64,000 nucleotides of DNA from the human T2T-CHM13v2.0 reference genome, Homo sapiens, in assembly GCF_009914755.1 (NCBI RefSeq), contig NC_060935.1; one strand, given 5' to 3'. Both the position numbers and the translations under genes were made by a program. The notes below the pieces were generated by a model. The model was given only the letters and a program-made list of their open reading frames with translations, made no database searches and had not been told where the DNA came from. This document shows positions 57,652 to 64,000 of the stretch, piece by piece; positions within the stretch are counted from its first letter, which is position 1, and each line of letters opens with the position of its first letter.

Positions 57652-58322
57652 TAATGAAGTGGCATTGTTGTCTGGAGTAAATACCCGAGATTGGTTGTGT
57701 CACAGCTATGGAAAACTAGGACATGGACACACAAAGAGGTTCAGAGCAGAAGTTGAATAGGCAAAAGAAAAAGAAGAGCTCTCTGCAGCAGAGAGGGGTC
57801 CCAGAGAAATGGGTTGCTGGTTCCACCGTGGAATGCAAGGGATTTTATAGATGACCTTAAGGAGGCAGTGTGTCATTTACATAGGGCACAAAAGATTGGT
57901 TGGACCAGGTGTGTCATTTGCATACAGCTCAAAAAACTGGTTAGGGCTAGGTATGCCATTTGTATAGGCACAAAAAGATGGCCACCCCCACCCTAATCTT
58001 TTATTTTGCAGATGGGTTCTCTACCTGGCCAGTGCCATGTTGCCTGTTTCTTTACTGTAACTGTGGTGACAAAGAAAAGGGAAGATGGAGCCTCCATGTT
58101 GAACATACCTGGCCCCCAGGTAGCCCTTTTCTATTGACACAGCTGCCGGCATTCACCCCTGCAGGCTTCCAGCTTGCTTATCTATGTCTGCAGCTTGATT
58201 TTTCAGGCTGTTCTTTGTTAGAAAAGAAATGATTTGGGGGCTGATTTTTGTTAAAAGGGAAATTCTGCTGAGGACTCTTTTGCCCTCACTATCTGCCTAA
58301 TTTTTTTCCATCTCCTGTAGCA
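57652..58322 (-). mobile_element. ERV1 solo LTR (MER50-like)
   Basis: Minus strand starts tgctacaggag...ttaggcagatagtgaggg. Confidence 0.7.
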
Positions 58323-58638
58323 CTAACTCCCTCTCTGGATATCTGGAACAAGGAGGACCTTAAACTTAACAATAAAGCCAATGATGGTTCTACCAGTCTC
58401 CCCAAAGCCTCAAGTTTAAAAGCCATATGAACTGGCTGATAGTGGAAAATGGAAGCCATGAGGTAAGTAAAAATAACTTGGGGCCAGCTAGAAGAATGCC
58501 TGAGTCAATAATGCAGAGATTGACAGAAATTGTAGTAGAGTGACCTTGATTATAAAGTATCCAAGGAAGAACTGTATTGCAGTTTCCAAAAAGGGTAAGA
58601 AAAGAAGAAAACAAAGAAAGATGCAGAATGATGCCCTC

Positions 58639-58985
58639 TGTTCAAAAATAAACTTACGAACCTTAAAATTTTAAAGGGTTTATTTGAGCTAAGAACAATT
58701 CATAAATTAGGCTGCACTCAAGGCCAAAAGAGGTTCAGAGAGCTCAGCTGCAGCAGTGTGGGCAGTGAGCTTTTATAGGCTGAACATGGAAGTAAGACAA
58801 AGAAAATATATTTGATTCATTAATATGGAAATTCCCCTAGTTAGAGGTTAGTTGGTGGTTTCTGATTGGTAAGGTCCCTAGTTTTCTTTTACTTTTTACA
58901 TTGGGCTTTGGTTTGCTTATGTAGGAATCAAATGTGGTGGAGCCATCTCAGCCTGATGGCTTCCCAATTAAAAAACTTTATAACA
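58639..58985 (-). mobile_element. Solo LTR (LTR47/MER72-like) with TSD CCTC
   Basis: TG...CA termini; CCTC at 58635-38 and 58986-89. Confidence 0.65.
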
Positions 58986-59021
58986 CCTCTAAGGCAGTGG
59001 TCTTAAAAATTTCTATTCTTA

Positions 59022-59316
<295 letters not shown>

Positions 59317-59391
59317 TTCTCTAAACTAGGGGTGTGGCTGGCATCTACTCTCTCATACCCCATGGTATGGACATGAAAAGTGGAAACTTAT

Positions 59392-60142
<751 letters not shown>

Positions 60143-60149
60143 AACTTTG

Positions 60150-63100
60150 ATTAATCAATATCAGTATTACAGTATCCCATTACCCAGGATGCTCCTGCAA
60201 ATGGCTTCCCCAATTATGTGAAAGTATTAGAGTCTCTGTAGGAAAAGTTAATAAAACCTGAAGACTCGCAGTAGAACATAGACAAACCAATAGTTGCCCA
60301 GATGTAATGAGACTTGCAAAAATTAGTGGAATACTATGGTAGTTGAGCTAACAACTGCTTTAAAAAACTAAAAGGTATTACCCATCCTGTTTGTCAAGGG
60401 TTCCATTTATATACTGGCCCATCCCCTCCCCAGAGCACAGCCTACTATGAGGAAGAGTTGGCTGTACTAAGGAGAAACAAATCCACTACACCTTTCATCA
60501 GGCCTGGGGCTGTCTGAAATATATCTGCCTAACAAAGATCTGCTTAAGGGTGGCCCTCTGTCTCTACCTATTCAAGAACAGCTGGATGCTCCTTTCGCTT
60601 TAAGGAAATCTCTGAAAAAGACAGATCAGATCATAGTGCCTTAGATGGTATCATTCTGCATCTTTGTTTTCCTTCTTCTTTCAGTTGCCAGGTGCCCCAC
60701 TATATGAAGTTGCCAAGATCCCCTAAAACAAAAGTGACAAAGGCACTGCCATTCTTCACATCATACCCAAGAGGATGAGTCTGTCCCACTGGGTTCAGAG
60801 ACCATCCACCAGAAATCCAGCAGACAGGGATTACCTAGAATAGTAGTGCTTAAACTCAGGACAGGTAGTGAAACATGTAACACCTCCTACTGCAACAAAG
60901 AACAGAGGGAGGTGTTAGAGTCAGCAAATGCTTCACCTTGGAATTTTCACACACTCTATATCTTGAGTCCTCCAAAAGGCTACATACTTTCAGTAGGATT
61001 GAGAGAAGCCTCAGTGACTAACCCTGGCAAGTTACAAGCCACAGTATGGTCAATTCTATCCTTTGGGTCCTACAAGTCAGAAAGAAAAATGAGACCCTGA
61101 AGTCTCTGTGATTTCTACCTCTTCCACCAAGATGATTTGTCAGGGAGGGAGGAGGGCAGATCCTACAGGGGAAAATACAGCATAAGTATTTAGGATTTTT
61201 GACTAAGGAATGCTTTTAGCAGCTGAGAATTGTACTGCTTTTGAAAAACAATTGCTGGCTGATTACTGGAGGGGAATAATAGTACTAGAGGAGAGACTCG
61301 ACAGAGGTTGCTGAGTGGTTTTGTGAATTGGAACCCTTTGTCTTACATAGCAATAGAGCTTAACAGTCTTTGATTATTAAATAGAAAAATCAAAATCTAA
61401 GAAAGGATGAGAGACATCTATGTGAGCTCATTACCAAAGAAATATCCCTGACCAGGACCCTCACTTTCATCTGCCCAGAAAAACTGATGCATCCTCCAGG
61501 CACTAACCTTTAAATCAAAAGTAACAATGTGAGGCACAGACAGACCGCTCATTTAACAGGCAATGTGCCTCAGTAGACAGGCACTACCTTCCACCCTTTG
61601 TCATAGACATCCTGTCTACGGAAGAGGTAAAACCATTCCACACAATGAGGGAGCTCTGTGCCCCTGGCAGTTACAATAGCTATAAGTTTGAGGCATCAGG
61701 AAGTGAATTTGTACTGACTCCAGAAATCAAAATATCCAAATGGATGGAAGATCTCGGAATGGTATATTATGACCAGTAGGCTTAGGGATGCCTTTTATAG
61801 CAAGAATCAGGCACATTATTCACTCAAATGACTACTTTTGTATCTCATATTTTAGTATGTTGAATAGTGTCTTAGTCCATTTTCTGTTGCTATAACTGAA
61901 TACCATGGGCTGGGTAATTTATAAAGACAGAAGTTTATTTAGCTGATGGTTCTGGAGGCTGGGAAGTCTGACAGCTTGGTGCTGGCATCTGGTGAGAGCC
62001 TTTTTGATGCATCATAACATGGCGAAGGCATCATATGGCGAGAGGGCAGGAGTGTGCATGTCAGCTCAGGCCTCTTCTTCTTATAAAGCCACCCGTCCTA
62101 TTTTGGGGACCCCACCCTGTTGACCTTATCTAATCCTAAGTACCTCCCAAAGGCCCCACTTGCAATCAACATATGAATTTGGAGATTAAGTTTCTAACAC
62201 ATGTAATTTGGTGGACACATTTAAGCAATAGCAAATAGTGTCCCCCCAAAAGATATATCCAAGCTCTAACTCCTAGTACCTGTGAATATGACCTTTGCAG
62301 ATATAACTACATCTTTGCAGATATAATTAAGTTAAGGATCTTGAGATGAGATCATTCTAAATCAAATGCCTGGTGTACTTGTAAGTAGAGGAGAAGCCAC
62401 AAAGACACAGAAAAGACTGTGCTGTGAAAATGATGGAAGAGATTGGAGGGCAGCCACAAGCCAAGGAATACCAAGGATCAGAAGCTAAGAGAGAGGCATA
62501 GAGTGGATTCTCCCTCAGAGCCTTCCAAGAGTGAGTGGCTCTACCATACTGATTTTGTACTTCTGCCCTCTTGGACTTTGACAGAATACACTTCTGTTGT
62601 TTTAAACCACTTAATTTGTGGTAACTTGTTATGGCAGACCTAGAAAACTAGTACATATGTAGACACTACCAAAAAGATTAGGGATAGAAAAAACAATTTA
62701 AAAGCAAGTAAATCCATCAATATGTCATGGATGTTTGTTTTGGCCAAGGCATACTGGGGGCATCAGAGCACCAGACACCTGAGATAAGAACTAGGTTGAC
62801 CCAAGCTCACATTGTGAAGTATGTAATTACTGCTGGAGCCAATTGTCAGGATGTAGGAGTTTGGGCTCCTTCTGCAAAAATGCCCTGGGACATTCCAAGA
62901 GGCAAAAAAAAAAAAAAAAAAAAAAAAGTCTGGAATTACTAAATAGACTCTATTGAGTTTCTTTCTGTAATCTGAGGAATTCAGTGGGCTCTGCCAGCAA
63001 GGAAGCCTTGCCTGGGTTTGAGTTTGCATTCTTAGGCAAATCACTGAAAAGCCACCATCAAAGGACTGCAGCCCTCCACCTTGAGCTAAAGCCTCTAATC

Positions 63101-64000
63101 CAGGAATATATTTTACCACCCATATGATAAAGGACAGGGCAGATCATTGGAGGATGATGTGCCTTACCTCTTACCTGGATTGAGAGATAGAATGAACCAC
63201 TGAAGAGGGGCTTGGCCATGATTCCATGGTCAGTAATTCCAGATGGGTGGTGACTTATAGACTATTGTATATAGCTAGAGCCCTGCAACAACTTTTATCT
63301 TAGCATAGACATTCCCCTTTGTATCTGGGGCTGAGCCCAAGGAAAAAGAATTCATTTTTAGTCATCCAGTATCTACCACAACTGGGAAATAATTTGATTT
63401 TTATCAGATTTAGTCACTACATTAGTTAAATGGTATTTAGTTATGAATTTTGTTTGAAAAATAACTATCATTTGTTTAGTGTCTAAAGAATAGATAGTTG
63501 CTAATCAATTCAACCAAAGAAGGGAAAGAAGTGGGTCTACCCTGGGTAAAGAAGAGCATTGCTCTTCCACCCCATGCCACTTTAGGGCAGTTGACATGGT
63601 TTAGCAACATTGTACAACACAAATTACCCTACCGAATATTTCTCATCTTATTTGGATTCAGTGGATTTTAGAAGCAGGACAGAAAACTGCTCAGTACCAG
63701 ATCATATGTACAACAATCCATTTACTAAGCCAGCCAGGGAAGGCAGTAGAGAAGAGTTTGAAAGAGTTAAAATGTTTTAATAGGTCTAAAAGCTTACTCA
63801 CTTAATCCAAAGGTGAGAATGATTCCTGAGATTAGTAGACTTGTTCTTAAGAATGGTACCTCAACTTTTTGGCACTGAGACCCCCATCCAGTTAAGTGTG
63901 ATCATATCACAATAATCCATTGAGTCCCCCAGAGATAGTATACAGTGCAAAACCAGTGTACTGCCTGCTATTCAACTTGCCTGTCTATAGGAACTGCAGA
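60150..64000 (+). mobile_element. ERVL-class pol remnants, interrupted by MLT1 (~61855-62655) containing a minus-strand MST LTR (~61867-62233)
   Basis: Peptide NCTAFEKQLLADYW near 61228-61270 resembles the ERVL pol motif FEKQLLACYW; integrase-like remnants after 62700. Confidence 0.55.

Overview
Human (primate) genomic DNA matching the CCKBR-CAVIN3 interval of 11p15.4. It contains CCKBR exons 2-5 (+ strand, 4101-5975; exon 1 lies upstream of the window) and the complete two-exon CAVIN3/PRKCDBP gene (- strand, 53586-54899, 261 aa). The ~47 kb between them and the flanks are mostly repeats: about 25 Alus, L1 fragments, a Tigger3-type DNA transposon, a solo LTR6 (HERV-T/S71) with a perfect TSD, a two-LTR MER41A provirus, MaLR and other ERV1 LTRs, and ERVL pol remnants. 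I see no evidence for a wholly new biological system. The most interesting observations are: (1) an intronless TBC1D12 retrocopy (~31607-33400, - strand) that appears to replace part of an ERV1 internal region, suggesting possible retroviral capture; (2) a GATA/FOXA-motif-rich LTR6 downstream of CCKBR; (3) an in-frame 96-nt cassette exon in the CAVIN3 intron; (4) a 457-codon antisense ORF across CAVIN3 preceded by CCAAT/GC boxes; (5) a 111-bp mini-element with two inverted LTR 5' ends and a 4-bp TSD; (6) weak hints of a decayed multi-exon gene at 38.8-49.5 kb. Repeat family names and protein comparisons are from memory and need RepeatMasker/BLAST confirmation. Repeat boundaries are approximate unless a TSD is quoted.
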